Shown: positions 8,094-18,063, numbered from the stretch's first letter. The stretch: 64,000 nucleotides of DNA from Acidobacteriota bacterium (GCA_003222945.1 QHXM01000063.1:186-64185); one strand, 5' to 3'. Translations and numbers: made by a program. The notes: generated by a model from the letters alone, not told the origin.

Positions 8094-10529
8094 ATGGAAG
8101 AATATTCTGATCACACTCCTTCTGATCTGGCGCGTTACCCGATGGTCCCCATCCGCGATGTCGTCATATTCCCTTTCACTAAAGTCGCTTTCAAGATAGG
8201 ACGGCCCGGCTCCGTGCGCGCGCTCGAAGAAGCGCTCGCGGGCGACCGCACTATCTTTCTAGCCACGCAGCACGACGCGAGCGTGGACGAGCCTTCGCCT
8301 GAGCAGATTTACGGCATCGGCACGCTTGGCCGCATCCTGCAATCGCAGAAGCAGGAGAACGGGCAGATCAAAGTTGTCGTCGAAGGCAGAGAGCGCGCAA
8401 CGACCGTGCGCGTTGATAATGATAACGGAGCTTTCACGGCTCTCATTCGTCGCGCTCCCGTCGTTAGAGAAGAGGGGCAGCGCGTCGAAGCTCTCGTTAA
8501 TAAGATCAATCAACTCGTTGAGCAGCATCTACGCCTTGCGCCTGAAGCGCAGACCGATGCTCTGCAAACTGCTCTGCGCAATCAAGACCCTTCGCATCTG
8601 GCGGACGCTCTGGCCTCGCAGCTACGAATCTCTGTCGAGGACAAGCAGGGGCTTCTGGAAATCTTCTCAACGCAGGCAAGGTTGCAGCGGCTCGTTGAGC
8701 TTCTTGAGATGGAGCTTGATAAGCGGCAGCTTGACCGGACCATTCAGACGCGCGTCAAGCGTCAGATGGAGAAGGCGCAGAAGGAGTATTACTTAAACGA
8801 GCAGATCAAGGCGATTCATAAAGAGTTGGGTCGCAAGGACGAGAAGGCTGAGCTTGAAGAGATAAAGAAAGCTATAGAAGAGGCAGGGATGACGGACGAG
8901 GCCAAGGAGAAGGCCATGCAGGAGCTTCATCGTCTTGAAGCAATGCCGCCCATGTCCGCCGAAGGCACTGTCTCGCGCACCTACATCGATTGGCTCTTGA
9001 GCGTACCGTGGAAACAGAAGTCCAAAGAGATTAAAGACCTGGGGAAAGCCGAAGAGGTTTTGAATGACGACCATTATGGTCTTGAGAAGGTCAAGGAAAG
9101 AATTCTCGAATACTTAGCGGTGCGCCAGCTTGTGAAGAATCCGAAAGGTTCTATCCTTTGTTTCGTTGGTCCGCCGGGAGTTGGAAAGACTTCTCTCGGA
9201 AAATCAATCGCGCGTGCGACGGGCAGAAAATTTGTGCGCCTCTCTCTTGGCGGCGTGCGCGACGAGGCTGAGATTCGCGGGCATCGTCGTACTTATATCG
9301 GCGCGCTTCCAGGCCAGATCATACAGATGATGAAGAAGGCCGGGACTGTAAACCCGCTCATACTGCTCGATGAAGTTGACAAGCTCGGCGCGGATTTTCG
9401 AGGCGACCCGTCATCAGCTTTGCTTGAAGTCTTAGACCCTGAGCAGAACAATACTTTTCAGGACCATTACCTTGACGTTGAATACGATCTCTCGCGCGTC
9501 TTCTTCATAGCGACGGCGAACGTGCTGCACACGATTCCGCCCGCGCTGCAAGACCGTCTTGAGATTATTCGTCTTTCGGGCTACACGGAGCGCGAGAAGC
9601 TGGAGATTGCTAAGCGCCATCTTGTGCCGAAGCAGGCTGAGACCAACGGGTTGAAGGCTGAACAGGTGGAGTTCACTGAAGACGGACTGCTTGAGATTAT
9701 TCGCCACTACACGCGCGAGGCTGGCGTGCGCAGCATGGAGCGAGAGATTGGCTCTTGTATGCGGAAAGTCGCACGGAAATTTGTCTCTGAAGATGCGGGC
9801 GAAGATTTCAAGGATGTCGTCACGGCTGAGCGCGTGCGCGACATGCTCGGACCGGTTAAGTTTCGTCAGCAAGGCATCGCGGCTGAAAGTGAAATCGGTT
9901 TGGCGACCGGACTTGCGTGGACAGAAGTTGGCGGCGAAGTCCTACAGATCGAGGCGACTCTCGTTAAAGGTCGAGGCGGTGTGACGCTCACCGGAAAGCT
10001 CGGTGACGTGATGCAGGAATCAGCGCAGGCTGCTCTGACCTGCATAAAGGCGCGGGCGGAACGCTTGGGCATGAGCCTTGATTTCATTCGCAAGCGCGAC
10101 CTGCACATACACATCCCGGAAGGCGCGATTCCGAAAGATGGTCCGTCGGCTGGAATCACTCTGGCGACTGCGATGGCGTCTTCGCTGACGCGCGTGCCTG
10201 TTCGCAAGAACGTGGCGATGACGGGCGAGATAACCTTGCGCGGGAAAGTGCTGCCCATCGGCGGAGTTAAAGAGAAGTTGATGGCTGCCCACCGTTTCGG
10301 CATCACTACGATAATCTTGCCGAAGGAGAACGAAAAGGATTTGGTCGAAGTGCCTGAAGAGGTGCGAAAGGTGCTGGACATCAATCTGGTAGAGACGATT
10401 GACGAAGTTCTCTCGCTCGCACTTGAAGACGCTTGCCCGACAGACGCGGGTGCGGTAGTCGAGACAAAGACGCCGCCGCTCTGGTCAACGGAACAGCCGT
10501 CGCAGGGCGCTCAGACCATCGCAGAATAG
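8094..10529 (+). CDS. lon: ATP-dependent Lon protease (LonA)
   Basis: 811 aa with LON N-domain, Walker [10 protein letters not shown], and proteolytic KDGPSAG Ser motif with downstream Lys. Confidence 0.97.
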   Translation: MEEYSDHTPSDLARYPMVPIRDVVIFPFTKVAFKIGRPGSVRALEEALAGDRTIFLATQHDASVDEPSPEQIYGIGTLGRILQSQKQENGQIKVVVEGRERATTVRVDNDNGAFTALIRRAPVVREEGQRVEALVNKINQLVEQHLRLAPEAQTDALQTALRNQDPSHLADALASQLRISVEDKQGLLEIFSTQARLQRLVELLEMELDKRQLDRTIQTRVKRQMEKAQKEYYLNEQIKAIHKELGRKDEKAELEEIKKAIEEAGMTDEAKEKAMQELHRLEAMPPMSAEGTVSRTYIDWLLSVPWKQKSKEIKDLGKAEEVLNDDHYGLEKVKERILEYLAVRQLVKNPKGSILCFVGPPGVGKTSLGKSIARATGRKFVRLSLGGVRDEAEIRGHRRTYIGALPGQIIQMMKKAGTVNPLILLDEVDKLGADFRGDPSSALLEVLDPEQNNTFQDHYLDVEYDLSRVFFIATANVLHTIPPALQDRLEIIRLSGYTEREKLEIAKRHLVPKQAETNGLKAEQVEFTEDGLLEIIRHYTREAGVRSMEREIGSCMRKVARKFVSEDAGEDFKDVVTAERVRDMLGPVKFRQQGIAAESEIGLATGLAWTEVGGEVLQIEATLVKGRGGVTLTGKLGDVMQESAQAALTCIKARAERLGMSLDFIRKRDLHIHIPEGAIPKDGPSAGITLATAMASSLTRVPVRKNVAMTGEITLRGKVLPIGGVKEKLMAAHRFGITTIILPKENEKDLVEVPEEVRKVLDINLVETIDEVLSLALEDACPTDAGAVVETKTPPLWSTEQPSQGAQTIAE

Positions 10530-10619
10530 AGTTAGACCTGAGAACGGGCGGCCGCGTCTTAAAAAGATTTCTACGCGCCCGCCGTTTCAAACAGAAAGTT
10601 TATCTTTACCCTCGCAAAG

Positions 10620-10645
10620 CGCCCCGCGAGAATTCTTGCGGGGCG
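10620..10645 (+). terminator. GC-rich hairpin downstream of lon
   Basis: CGCCCCGC-gagaattctt-GCGGGGCG, an 8-bp perfect stem. No U-tract follows, so it may be only a stabiliser. Confidence 0.4.
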
Positions 10646-10690
10646 GCAGCAATCAATCTAATACCGAGTTGCGAACAAAGGAAGAGTTTA

Positions 10691-10749
10691 GAGTTCAATC
10701 TTTAGTTTGTCGCTTATAGCTTAAGAACAACAAGCTAAAGTTTGAACTC
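10691..10749. repeat. inverted repeat GAGTTCAATCTTTAGTTTGT / ACAAGCTAAAGTTTGAACTC
   Basis: 20-nt arms match at 18/20, separated by 19 nt. Confidence 0.5.
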
Positions 10750-10813
10750 GCGCCTCTTGTTTCGCGTAAGCCTCTTGTGATTTACCACAGGCGCTACCCG
10801 CGCCATAACACAG

Positions 10814-11281
10814 ATGGAGAGTTCAAATATGAGTACTAAACAGGAAGATGCGAATCTGATTCTTAAACTTTACGAGCTTCGCCGCGAAGATGTCATGCGG
10901 AAGGCGCGTAACTGGTTCATCATGGAGTTTAACCCTGGCAGTATGCAGGAGATTGTGGACGCTCTGATGAGCGACAAGAGCGCCTACTTTCGCATGGTCA
11001 CGACCTACTGGGAGATGGCAGCCTCTTTCGTCAATCACGGCGCGATTGACGAGCAGATGTTCAATGACGCCAACGGCGAGCACATGGTAGTCTTCGCCAA
11101 GATCGAGCCGTTTCTACAGGAGATGCGCACTACGTTCAATAGTCCGAACGCAGGGGCCAACCTTGAAAAGCTCATCATGCGCAAGCCCGATGCGAAAGAG
11201 TATTTAACAGCCCTGCGCGAGCGGTTCAAGCAAATGGCAGCTATGCGCGCGGAAGCTGCAAGCAAAGCGCAAGCCGGGTAA
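10814..11281 (+). CDS. conserved-looking hypothetical protein (155 aa)
   Basis: Clean ORF with helical-looking sequence. The second ATG at 10829 has GGAGAG 8 nt upstream and may be the real start. No family recognised. Confidence 0.6.
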   Translation: MESSNMSTKQEDANLILKLYELRREDVMRKARNWFIMEFNPGSMQEIVDALMSDKSAYFRMVTTYWEMAASFVNHGAIDEQMFNDANGEHMVVFAKIEPFLQEMRTTFNSPNAGANLEKLIMRKPDAKEYLTALRERFKQMAAMRAEAASKAQAG

Positions 11282-11288
11282 AAAAGAA

Positions 11289-11363
11289 GTGATGAGTATT
11301 GAGGACTGAGTGCTGAGATAAAAGCTGTCTTCACTCAGTCCTCAGTACTCCGTAGCTCATCAC
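11289..11363. repeat. GAGGACTGAGTG-type hairpin abutting the engB start
   Basis: GTGATGAG..TGAGGACTGAGTG pairs with CACTCAGTCCTCA..CTCATCAC (8-bp outer plus 13-bp inner stem). The 3' arm ends 2 nt before the engB ATG. Confidence 0.65.
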
Positions 11364-11365
11364 TC

Positions 11366-11944
11366 ATGAAAATCGTTAACGCCGAATTCATCAAGAGCGT
11401 GTTTGATGAAGAGGATTGGCCGCGCGACGGAAGGCCGGAGGTCGCTTTCCTGGGACGGTCAAATGTTGGAAAGTCCAGTTTGATAAATTCGCTGCTGGGA
11501 GTTCGAGGACTTGCGCGAACCTCTTCGACTCCGGGCAGAACGCAGTCGCTGAACTTCTTTCTCATCAATAATCGTTTCCGTTTCGTTGACCTGCCGGGCT
11601 ACGGCTACGCGCGAGTGCCGAAAATAATAAGGTCTTCGTGGGGCGATTTAGTTACTAATTACCTTGCCAAGCGGAATAGTCTTGTGCTATCAATTCAGAT
11701 TGTAGATTCGCGTCACGAACCCACGACATTGGATTTGCAGCTAAATGAGTGGCTCGCCGCTCATGCGAAGCCCCGCGTTGTAGTTGCCACGAAATCCGAT
11801 AAGCTCTCTAACAATGAGTTGCGTAAAAGCATTGAAAGGGCGCGGCGTGCGCTTGATGCGGAGCAAGTCATAACTTATTCCGCCACGACAGGAAAAGGGC
11901 GCGAAGAGGTTTGGCGAGCTATCGAAGAAAAACTATCGGGTTAA
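11366..11944 (+). CDS. engB: ribosome-biogenesis GTPase EngB/YsxC/YihA
   Basis: G1 GRSNVGKSSLIN, G3 DLPGYG, G4 TKSDK; 192 aa. Confidence 0.9.
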   Translation: MKIVNAEFIKSVFDEEDWPRDGRPEVAFLGRSNVGKSSLINSLLGVRGLARTSSTPGRTQSLNFFLINNRFRFVDLPGYGYARVPKIIRSSWGDLVTNYLAKRNSLVLSIQIVDSRHEPTTLDLQLNEWLAAHAKPRVVVATKSDKLSNNELRKSIERARRALDAEQVITYSATTGKGREEVWRAIEEKLSG

Positions 11945-12234
11945 GGTTTCATAAATTTGTCACCGAAGGCCACGCGCCATGCGTGCGCGGCATCTTATCG
12001 AGGCCCTTAAATTTCTAGGACAGTTAACCGTAAGAAGACGTGAAAGAGTTGGGCACAGCCGCACCGTAGCCTCGCCTCTAATTTTTAGAGGGTAAGCCCC
12101 ACACGCTCGGCCTGCCTTTGGAGTTTCGCGTGCGACCCTTTTATTTCAATCCCCGATTCAAATTTATAGGCAATAATCACTTGACAGCAAACAACACGGC
12201 CAGAGCATTCCGGCCATAAGGAAACGAAGCATAG

Positions 12235-13680
12235 ATGAGCGGCACGCTTTTTAGAAAAAGGCGAAGCCGCGAGAGAAGAACTGAAATGTCACAAAGAACA
12301 CCACGAACGCGCTCATCAAGCGCATCTAGCGCCGCATCAAATGGCGCAGACGACGGCGTGGCAACGACCACCGCCACAGCAGAAGCGCCGGAAGAAAAGA
12401 GTACGGCGAAAGAGGATAGAAGCGAAGACATCTTCAACCTGTCGGAATTGAAAGAGATGTCCATCTCAAAGCTGACGCAGATTGCAAAGAGTATGGACGT
12501 TCCCGGCGCAACAGGAATGCGCAAACAGGAGCTTGTCTTCAAGATTCTCGCCGCGCAGACGGAAAAGAGCGGCCTTATCTTTTCCGAGGGCGTTTTGGAA
12601 ACCCTGCCCGACGGCTTCGGTTTCCTTCGTGCGCCGGAATACAACTATCTGCCGGGACCGGACGACATCTACGTTAGTCCGTCGCAGATTCGCAAGTTCG
12701 ACCTTCGCACCGGCGACACTGTCTCAGGCCAGATTCGCCCCCCCAAAGAGGGCGAGCGCTATTTCGCTCTCATCAAAGTCGAGGCGATAAATTTCGAAGC
12801 GCCGGACCAGGCGCGCGAGAAAGTCTTCTTCGATAACCTGACGCCGCTATACCCGGACGAGCAGTTGAAGATGGAGACTACGAAAGAGAACCTTTCGGCG
12901 CGCGTCATTGATCTGGTCACGCCGATTGGCAAAGGCCAGCGCGGGCTAATCGTCGCTCCGCCTCGCACGGGCAAAACGATGCTCTTGCAAACAATCGCCA
13001 ACTCCATCACGGAGAATCACCCGGAAGTGACTCTGATCGTCCTGCTCATTGACGAGCGACCTGAAGAGGTCACGGACATGCAGCGCTCGGTCAATGGCGA
13101 AGTCATCTCTTCAACCTTTGACGAGCCGCCTACGCGCCACGTGCAGGTCGCGGACATGGTGATTGAAAAGGCCAAGCGCCTTGTAGAGCATAAGCGCGAC
13201 GTTGTCATACTCCTGGATTCAATCACGCGACTTGCACGCGCACACAACGCGGTCGTTCCGCCTTCGGGCAAGATTCTTTCCGGCGGTATTGACTCAAACG
13301 CACTTCAACGCCCCAAGCGTTTCTTCGGCGCTGCGCGCAATATAGAAGAGGGCGGCTCTTTAACGATCATCGCAACCGCGCTCATAGACACTGGCTCGCG
13401 CATGGACGACGTTATCTTCGAGGAGTTCAAAGGCACAGGCAACTGCGAAATCCATCTCGACCGAAGGTTAAGCGACAAACGCCTCTTCCCCGCGATTGAC
13501 CTGCAACGCTCCGGCACCCGCAAGGAAGAACTGCTCATCAGCAAAGAGGACTTGAACCGCATCTGGGTCATGCGCCGCGTGCTCAATCCGCTCTCGCCCG
13601 TAGAGCAGATGGAAGTCGTTCTTGAGCGCCTTGAAAAATCTAAATCCAACGCAGAATTCCTGGCATCAATGCAGAGCTAA
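12235..13680 (+). CDS. rho: transcription termination factor Rho with about 60-aa N-terminal Arg/Ser/Thr-rich extension
   Basis: Rho N-terminal [19 protein letters not shown]-like RNA-binding part, Walker A PPRTGKT, Q and R loops; 481 aa. Confidence 0.95.
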   Translation: MSGTLFRKRRSRERRTEMSQRTPRTRSSSASSAASNGADDGVATTTATAEAPEEKSTAKEDRSEDIFNLSELKEMSISKLTQIAKSMDVPGATGMRKQELVFKILAAQTEKSGLIFSEGVLETLPDGFGFLRAPEYNYLPGPDDIYVSPSQIRKFDLRTGDTVSGQIRPPKEGERYFALIKVEAINFEAPDQAREKVFFDNLTPLYPDEQLKMETTKENLSARVIDLVTPIGKGQRGLIVAPPRTGKTMLLQTIANSITENHPEVTLIVLLIDERPEEVTDMQRSVNGEVISSTFDEPPTRHVQVADMVIEKAKRLVEHKRDVVILLDSITRLARAHNAVVPPSGKILSGGIDSNALQRPKRFFGAARNIEEGGSLTIIATALIDTGSRMDDVIFEEFKGTGNCEIHLDRRLSDKRLFPAIDLQRSGTRKEELLISKEDLNRIWVMRRVLNPLSPVEQMEVVLERLEKSKSNAEFLASMQS

Positions 13681-13684
13681 ATAA

Positions 13685-13758
13685 GTTTTCAAGTTTCAGG
13701 TTTCAAGTTCCAAGACAAGTGATTAACTTGGAACTTGAAGCTTGGAACTTGAAACTTG
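13685..13758. repeat. GTTTCAAG-word hairpin (rho 3' end)
   Basis: GTTTTCAAGTTTCAGGTTTCAAGTTCCAAG ... CTTGGAACTTGAAGCTTGGAACTTGAAACTTG. Same word family as 5035-5092. Confidence 0.7.
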
Positions 13759-13856
13759 CCAAAGGCGCGCTTCTTCGCATAGTATCAATCTTAACGCTCT
13801 ACTAATTTGTTCTTTCGTGTACGCTCCTCTTCGGTGGGGCGAAGTCGAGAAGAGTT

Positions 13857-15278
13857 TTGCGCGTTGCGATACTTTCGTCCGAAGCTGTGCCTTTCGCCAA
13901 GACGGGCGGGCTTGCGGACGTTGCGGGCGCGCTCCCCAAAGCTCTCAGCGAAAACGGCGAAGACGCAATGCTTCTATTGCCGCTCTTCGAGCAGATTGAT
14001 CGTAAGTATCTAAGAGAAGAGATCATTGACAACTTGGACGTGGATTGGCGAGGCCGCAGCTATCGTGCTCGCGTCTTTTACAGTGACGCGACAGGCGCGC
14101 CGTCATTTCTGATTGACGCGCCTGAGTATTTCGCGCGCAATTCGATCTACGGATTCCGTGACGATCACGAGCGATTCGCTTTCTTCTGCCGCGCAGCGCT
14201 CGCGCTCTTCAAACGACTGGGTGCGCCGCCGGACATCGTTCATCTGAACGACTGGCCCGGGGGTTTCGCGGCAGCAGAGATAAGGTCGCGCCGAAACTTC
14301 GATTCATATTATGCGCGGACGCGGACTCTCTTTTCGATTCACAATCTTGCCTATCAGGGCGCGTTCAACGCGAGCGACCTTTGGATTCTAGGCTTCGGTG
14401 ATGATGTGCGCGACGCGTTTATGATGGATGGCACGGCGTCCGCTCTGAAGGCCGGACTGATGACGAGCGATGCGCTCTCGACCGTTAGCCGTCGCTACGC
14501 TTTTGAGATTCAGACGCCTGAGTTCGGGCACGGGCTTGAGTGGATTCTGCGTGCGCGAAGGGATAGGCTCGTAGGAATAACGAACGGAGTTGATTACGAT
14601 GTTTGGAATCCGGCGACCGACCCGCATTTGCCAGCGCATTACGATATTAACAACATGGACGGCAAGCGCGAGTGTAAGCGTGCGCTACTGCGCGAGTTTT
14701 GGTTGCCGGAGGATTTGGACCGCCCTATCATCGCTAACATCTCTCGCTTAACAGCGCAGAAGGGTTACGACCTGATTAAAGAGGCTGGCGGGGCGATTCT
14801 TGAAACTGGAGCATTCTTTGTCGCACTAGGCTCAGGCGCAAGCGAGTATGAAGATTTCCTGCAAGCTATGCGCGACCACGCGCCGCGTCAGGTGGGCATC
14901 TACAAAGGCTTTAACGAGCCGCTCGCGCACCGTATTGAAGCGGGCGCAGACATTTTCCTGATGCCTTCGCTCTTTGAGCCTTGCGGGTTGAACCAGATGT
15001 ACAGCACGCGCTACGGCACTGTGCCTGTGGTCCGGGCGACGGGCGGGCTTGACGATACTGTTCAGGATTTTGACCGCGTGAGTCAGACTGGCAACGGTTT
15101 TAAGTTCGAGCACTATACGGCCCTTGCCATGCTTGATAAAATCTATGAAGCGCTTTACTGTTATGCTGAGCCGGATTTGTGGCGCACGATTCAGTTAAAC
15201 GGTATGCGCGTTGACAATTCGTGGCGGGCTGCCGCGCAAAAGTATATTGAGCTTTACCGCAGAGTGGCTCAAATGTGA
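13857..15278 (+). CDS. glgA: glycogen (starch) synthase
   Basis: TTG start; N-terminal SSEAVPFAKTGGLADV motif; 473 aa with GT5 architecture. Confidence 0.9.
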   Translation: MRVAILSSEAVPFAKTGGLADVAGALPKALSENGEDAMLLLPLFEQIDRKYLREEIIDNLDVDWRGRSYRARVFYSDATGAPSFLIDAPEYFARNSIYGFRDDHERFAFFCRAALALFKRLGAPPDIVHLNDWPGGFAAAEIRSRRNFDSYYARTRTLFSIHNLAYQGAFNASDLWILGFGDDVRDAFMMDGTASALKAGLMTSDALSTVSRRYAFEIQTPEFGHGLEWILRARRDRLVGITNGVDYDVWNPATDPHLPAHYDINNMDGKRECKRALLREFWLPEDLDRPIIANISRLTAQKGYDLIKEAGGAILETGAFFVALGSGASEYEDFLQAMRDHAPRQVGIYKGFNEPLAHRIEAGADIFLMPSLFEPCGLNQMYSTRYGTVPVVRATGGLDDTVQDFDRVSQTGNGFKFEHYTALAMLDKIYEALYCYAEPDLWRTIQLNGMRVDNSWRAAAQKYIELYRRVAQM

Positions 15279-15363
15279 TAGGCAGATGTTGAGTGTCAGT
15301 TATTAGCATCCAGCATCTGACATCTGGCATCGGATTTATTCGTTCAAGGAGACACAAGGAAGT

Positions 15364-15705
15364 ATGAGTGAACATGTTAATGAGGTGAGCGATAGCTCTT
15401 TTGAAAAGGACGTTCTTCAATCGGACAAACCTGTATTGGTTGACTTTTGGGCGGCCTGGTGTGCGCCGTGCCGTATGCTTGCGCCTACGGTCGAGGCTGT
15501 GGCTGAGAAATACGCCGACACAGCGCGCGTCGTGAAACTCAACGTTGACGAGAATCCTTCGATCTCTCAACGCTACGGCATCAAGGGCATCCCGACTCTG
15601 ATTCTCTTCAAGGGCGGCAAGGAAGAAGAGCGGGTGGTGGGAGCTACGAGCAAGGACGCGATCTCAAGAATGCTTGATAAGCACGTCAGCGCGGGCGTCG
15701 CCTGA
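15364..15705 (+). CDS. trxA: thioredoxin
   Basis: 113 aa with VLVDFWAAWCAPCRMLAP active site (CAPC instead of the canonical CGPC) and GIKGIPTLILFK. Confidence 0.9.
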   Translation: MSEHVNEVSDSSFEKDVLQSDKPVLVDFWAAWCAPCRMLAPTVEAVAEKYADTARVVKLNVDENPSISQRYGIKGIPTLILFKGGKEEERVVGATSKDAISRMLDKHVSAGVA

Positions 15706-15755
15706 TTGAAACTGTAGGCGAGTGGCGCGGGCCGAGATTTCTAACCGAAAATCGT

Positions 15756-15794
15756 TTCCGCGCCGCTTCTCTGTTCAAGAGAAGCGGCGCGGAA
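15756..15794 (+). terminator. hairpin downstream of trxA
   Basis: TTCCGCGCCGCTTCTC-tgttcaa-GAGAAGCGGCGCGGAA, a 16-bp perfect stem with only a weak U-tract. Confidence 0.6.
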
Positions 15795-15803
15795 GTTCTA
15801 AGA

Positions 15804-15875
15804 CCAGAGGTTAGAGGCTGGAGGTCAGAGGTTAGTTTGGGCTGACACCTAGCACCTAGCATCTAACATCTCTGC
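15804..15875. repeat. GGTTAGAGG-word imperfect inverted repeat
   Basis: CCAGAGGTTAGAGGCTGGAGGTCAGAGGTTAG faces ACACCTAGCACCTAGCATCTAACATCTCTG, and pairing needs G-U pairs and bulges. A related word occurs at 47913-47976. Confidence 0.35.
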
Positions 15876-15878
15876 TTT

Positions 15879-16283
15879 ATGAAACAATCGCGCAAGAGTC
15901 TCCCCAAGCGCCATAGCTCGCTCGAAGAGCGTCTTAGCCGAGCGCGTCGTTCGCGCGCCGTCGCAGACGCGAAGTTTCGCGCACGGCAAGCGCAAGGTAA
16001 ACTTCGCCGCTTTGTCAGCGCAAACTTTCGCAAGGATGAAGTCATCGCTTCGCTTGCTCTTCGTCGTGGCGAGTGCAACCGTTGCGGCGCGTGCTGCGAG
16101 ATACTCTTCAAGTGCCCCTTCCTAAAGAAGCATAAAGACGGAACGACCACCTGCGGCATCTACGAAGACCGCCCAAACGTCTGCCGTCTCTTTCCCATAG
16201 ACAAGCGCGACCTACAGGAAGTGAACGGAAGCTGTAGCTTCTACTTCATAGAGAAGCCTGTTAAATTGGAGAAAGCAAGTTAA
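15879..16283 (+). CDS. YkgJ-family (UPF0153, CxxCxxCC) Cys-cluster protein
   Basis: GECNRCGACCE motif plus downstream C...C...C cluster; basic N-terminal extension. Confidence 0.7.
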   Translation: MKQSRKSLPKRHSSLEERLSRARRSRAVADAKFRARQAQGKLRRFVSANFRKDEVIASLALRRGECNRCGACCEILFKCPFLKKHKDGTTTCGIYEDRPNVCRLFPIDKRDLQEVNGSCSFYFIEKPVKLEKAS

Positions 16284-16285
16284 AG

Positions 16286-16355
16286 CAGTTTTCAGTTTTC
16301 GGTTTTCAGAAATCAGCGCTTGGGCTGAAAACCGAAAACTGAAAACTGAAAACTG
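16286..16355. repeat. GAAAACT-word hairpin abutting the purA start
   Basis: CAGTTTTCAGTTTTCGGTTTTCAG ... CTGAAAACCGAAAACTGAAAACTGAAAACTG. Begins 3 nt after the upstream stop and ends 4 nt before the purA ATG. Confidence 0.75.
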
Positions 16356-16359
16356 ACTT

Positions 16360-17673
16360 ATGATTATCGTTGTCATCGGTGCGCAGTGGGGAGACGAAGG
16401 CAAGGGGAAGATCGTTGATCTTCTGGCCGAGCGCTTCGATATTGTCGCGCGTTATCAGGGCGGGCATAACGCAGGCCATTCCGTTTACGTCGGAGACCGC
16501 GCGTTCGTGCTGCGTCTGCTGCCATCGGGCATTGTCCACGAAGACAAGATTTGTGTTCTAGGTAACGGGATGGTGATTGACCCGAAGGCTTTTTTTGAAG
16601 AAGCAGATCAACTCGCTGAGCAAGGCGTGCGTGTTACGCCTGAACGTGTGCGCGTGAGTTCTCGCGCGCATCTGATACTTCCTTATCATCGCGCGCTCGA
16701 TCACACGAGCGAAGAGAGACTTGGCAACGAGCGCGTCGGGACAACCTTGCGCGGCATTGGTCCTGCTTACGAAGACAAAGCCGGTCGTCGCGGCATTCGC
16801 GTCGCGGACGCTCTCGTGCCGGATGTTCTTCGCTCTCGCATTGAGCGCAATCTGGAAGACGCCAATCGCATCATCTTAGCTTACAATGGCGAAGCTCTTG
16901 ATGCCGATCAAATCTTCGATGAGATTTCTCGCTTAGCAGAACGCCTCGCACCGTTTATAACGGACACGACCAATTTCATAAATAAGGCGGCGCGCGATGG
17001 CCGCTCGATTTTGATTGAAGGCGCGCAGGCTACTCTCCTTGATGTAGATCACGGCACGTATCCTTTCGTCACTTCTTCGAGCACTACAGCAGGCGGCGCA
17101 TCAATCGGCCTTGGTTTAGCCCCGCAGCGTCTCACGGGCGTGCTCGGTATTGTTCGCACTTACACGACGCGCGTTGGCGAAGGGCCTTTTCCGACGGAGA
17201 TGCTGGAGGGCGAAGAGGAATTGGGGCAGTTGATAAGGGAGCGCGGGCGCGAGTACGGCGCTGTCACACGCCGCCCGCGACGTTGCGGCTGGTTTGACGC
17301 TTTCGCCACTCGCTACGCCGCCGAGATAAACGGATTCTCTTCGGTCGCACTTACGAAACTAGACGTGCTGGATGCGCTTGACGAGATAAAGGTCTGCACG
17401 GGCTATCGTCTCGATGGTCGTGAGATAGACTATTTCCCTGCGGTCTCTCAGGACTTGAGAAGAATCGAACCAATCTACGAGAAGTTTCCCGGCTGGAAGA
17501 GTTCGACCGAAGGCATAACGGAGATGGACGCGCTTCCCGCCGAGGCACGCAGCTACGTCGAGTTTCTATCGAGTGCAATCGGCGTTGAGATCGGCCTCAT
17601 ATCAACAGGGCCTGAGCGCGGGCAGACAATAGTCTGCAAAGACTCCACGCTTGCGCGCTGGCTCGTAGATTAA
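16360..17673 (+). CDS. purA: adenylosuccinate synthetase
   Basis: GAQWGDEGKGK P-loop and GGHNAGH; 437 aa. Confidence 0.97.
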   Translation: MIIVVIGAQWGDEGKGKIVDLLAERFDIVARYQGGHNAGHSVYVGDRAFVLRLLPSGIVHEDKICVLGNGMVIDPKAFFEEADQLAEQGVRVTPERVRVSSRAHLILPYHRALDHTSEERLGNERVGTTLRGIGPAYEDKAGRRGIRVADALVPDVLRSRIERNLEDANRIILAYNGEALDADQIFDEISRLAERLAPFITDTTNFINKAARDGRSILIEGAQATLLDVDHGTYPFVTSSSTTAGGASIGLGLAPQRLTGVLGIVRTYTTRVGEGPFPTEMLEGEEELGQLIRERGREYGAVTRRPRRCGWFDAFATRYAAEINGFSSVALTKLDVLDALDEIKVCTGYRLDGREIDYFPAVSQDLRRIEPIYEKFPGWKSSTEGITEMDALPAEARSYVEFLSSAIGVEIGLISTGPERGQTIVCKDSTLARWLVD

Positions 17674-17735
17674 CTTTCGGTGGATGGAGCTAACTGATTA
17701 ATAGCTAGGTGCTCTTAAGTGAGAGGCGCTCCTGC

Positions 17736-17764
17736 TTGCGACTCTTTTACCACGCATGTAAAAT
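17736..17764 (+). promoter_or_regulatory. candidate sigma70-type promoter for tRNA-Lys
   Basis: TTGCGA, 17 nt, TAAAAT, ending 18 nt upstream of the mature tRNA 5' end. Pattern match only. Confidence 0.35.
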
Positions 17765-17782
17765 GCCCTTCATTCAAAGCAT

Positions 17783-17855
<73 letters not shown>

Positions 17856-17880
17856 TAAACATCTTCGATAAGGATTGCAG

Positions 17881-18063
17881 CTATCTATTATTGTCTGATA
17901 AATAGCTGTTTTTGTCTGAGATGTCTCTGGATTTTATCTGGTCCTCTTCGTTCCAATCGTCATCAGTTTTTACTCTGCCTTGCTGCATACGCACTACGGT
18001 GTAAGCGATTGCAGCACCAGTTAGAATCAATGTGGAAAAAAGTAGTATGTTCTTTCGCTTCAT
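17881..18063 (-). CDS. 60-aa hypothetical small membrane-anchored protein
   Basis: ATG at 18063 with GAGGTGA 3 nt upstream. MKRKNILLFSTLILTGAAIAYTVV is a single TM or signal segment. Lies in an AT-rich stretch next to tRNA-Lys. Confidence 0.35.
   Translation of the reverse strand: MKRKNILLFSTLILTGAAIAYTVVRMQQGRVKTDDDWNEEDQIKSRDISDKNSYLSDNNR

Noticed and set aside
10542-10588. GC-rich inverted repeat right after lon as its terminator
   Set aside because: The arms (GAACGGGCGG / CCGCCGTTTC region) pair only with bulges and have a long loop. The cleaner hairpin at 10620-10645 was reported instead.
11945-12234. Structured ncRNA (SRP RNA, 6S, RNase P) in the engB-rho gap
   Set aside because: I could not find the conserved SRP domain IV, RNase P P4 or 6S bulge signatures. 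There are only short generic hairpins, and a covariance-model scan would be needed.
16286-16355. Tandem GAAAACT / CAGAAT arrays as CRISPR
   Set aside because: Repeat units are 7-8 nt with no unique spacers, the arrays are arranged as inverted arms, and no cas genes are present in the window.
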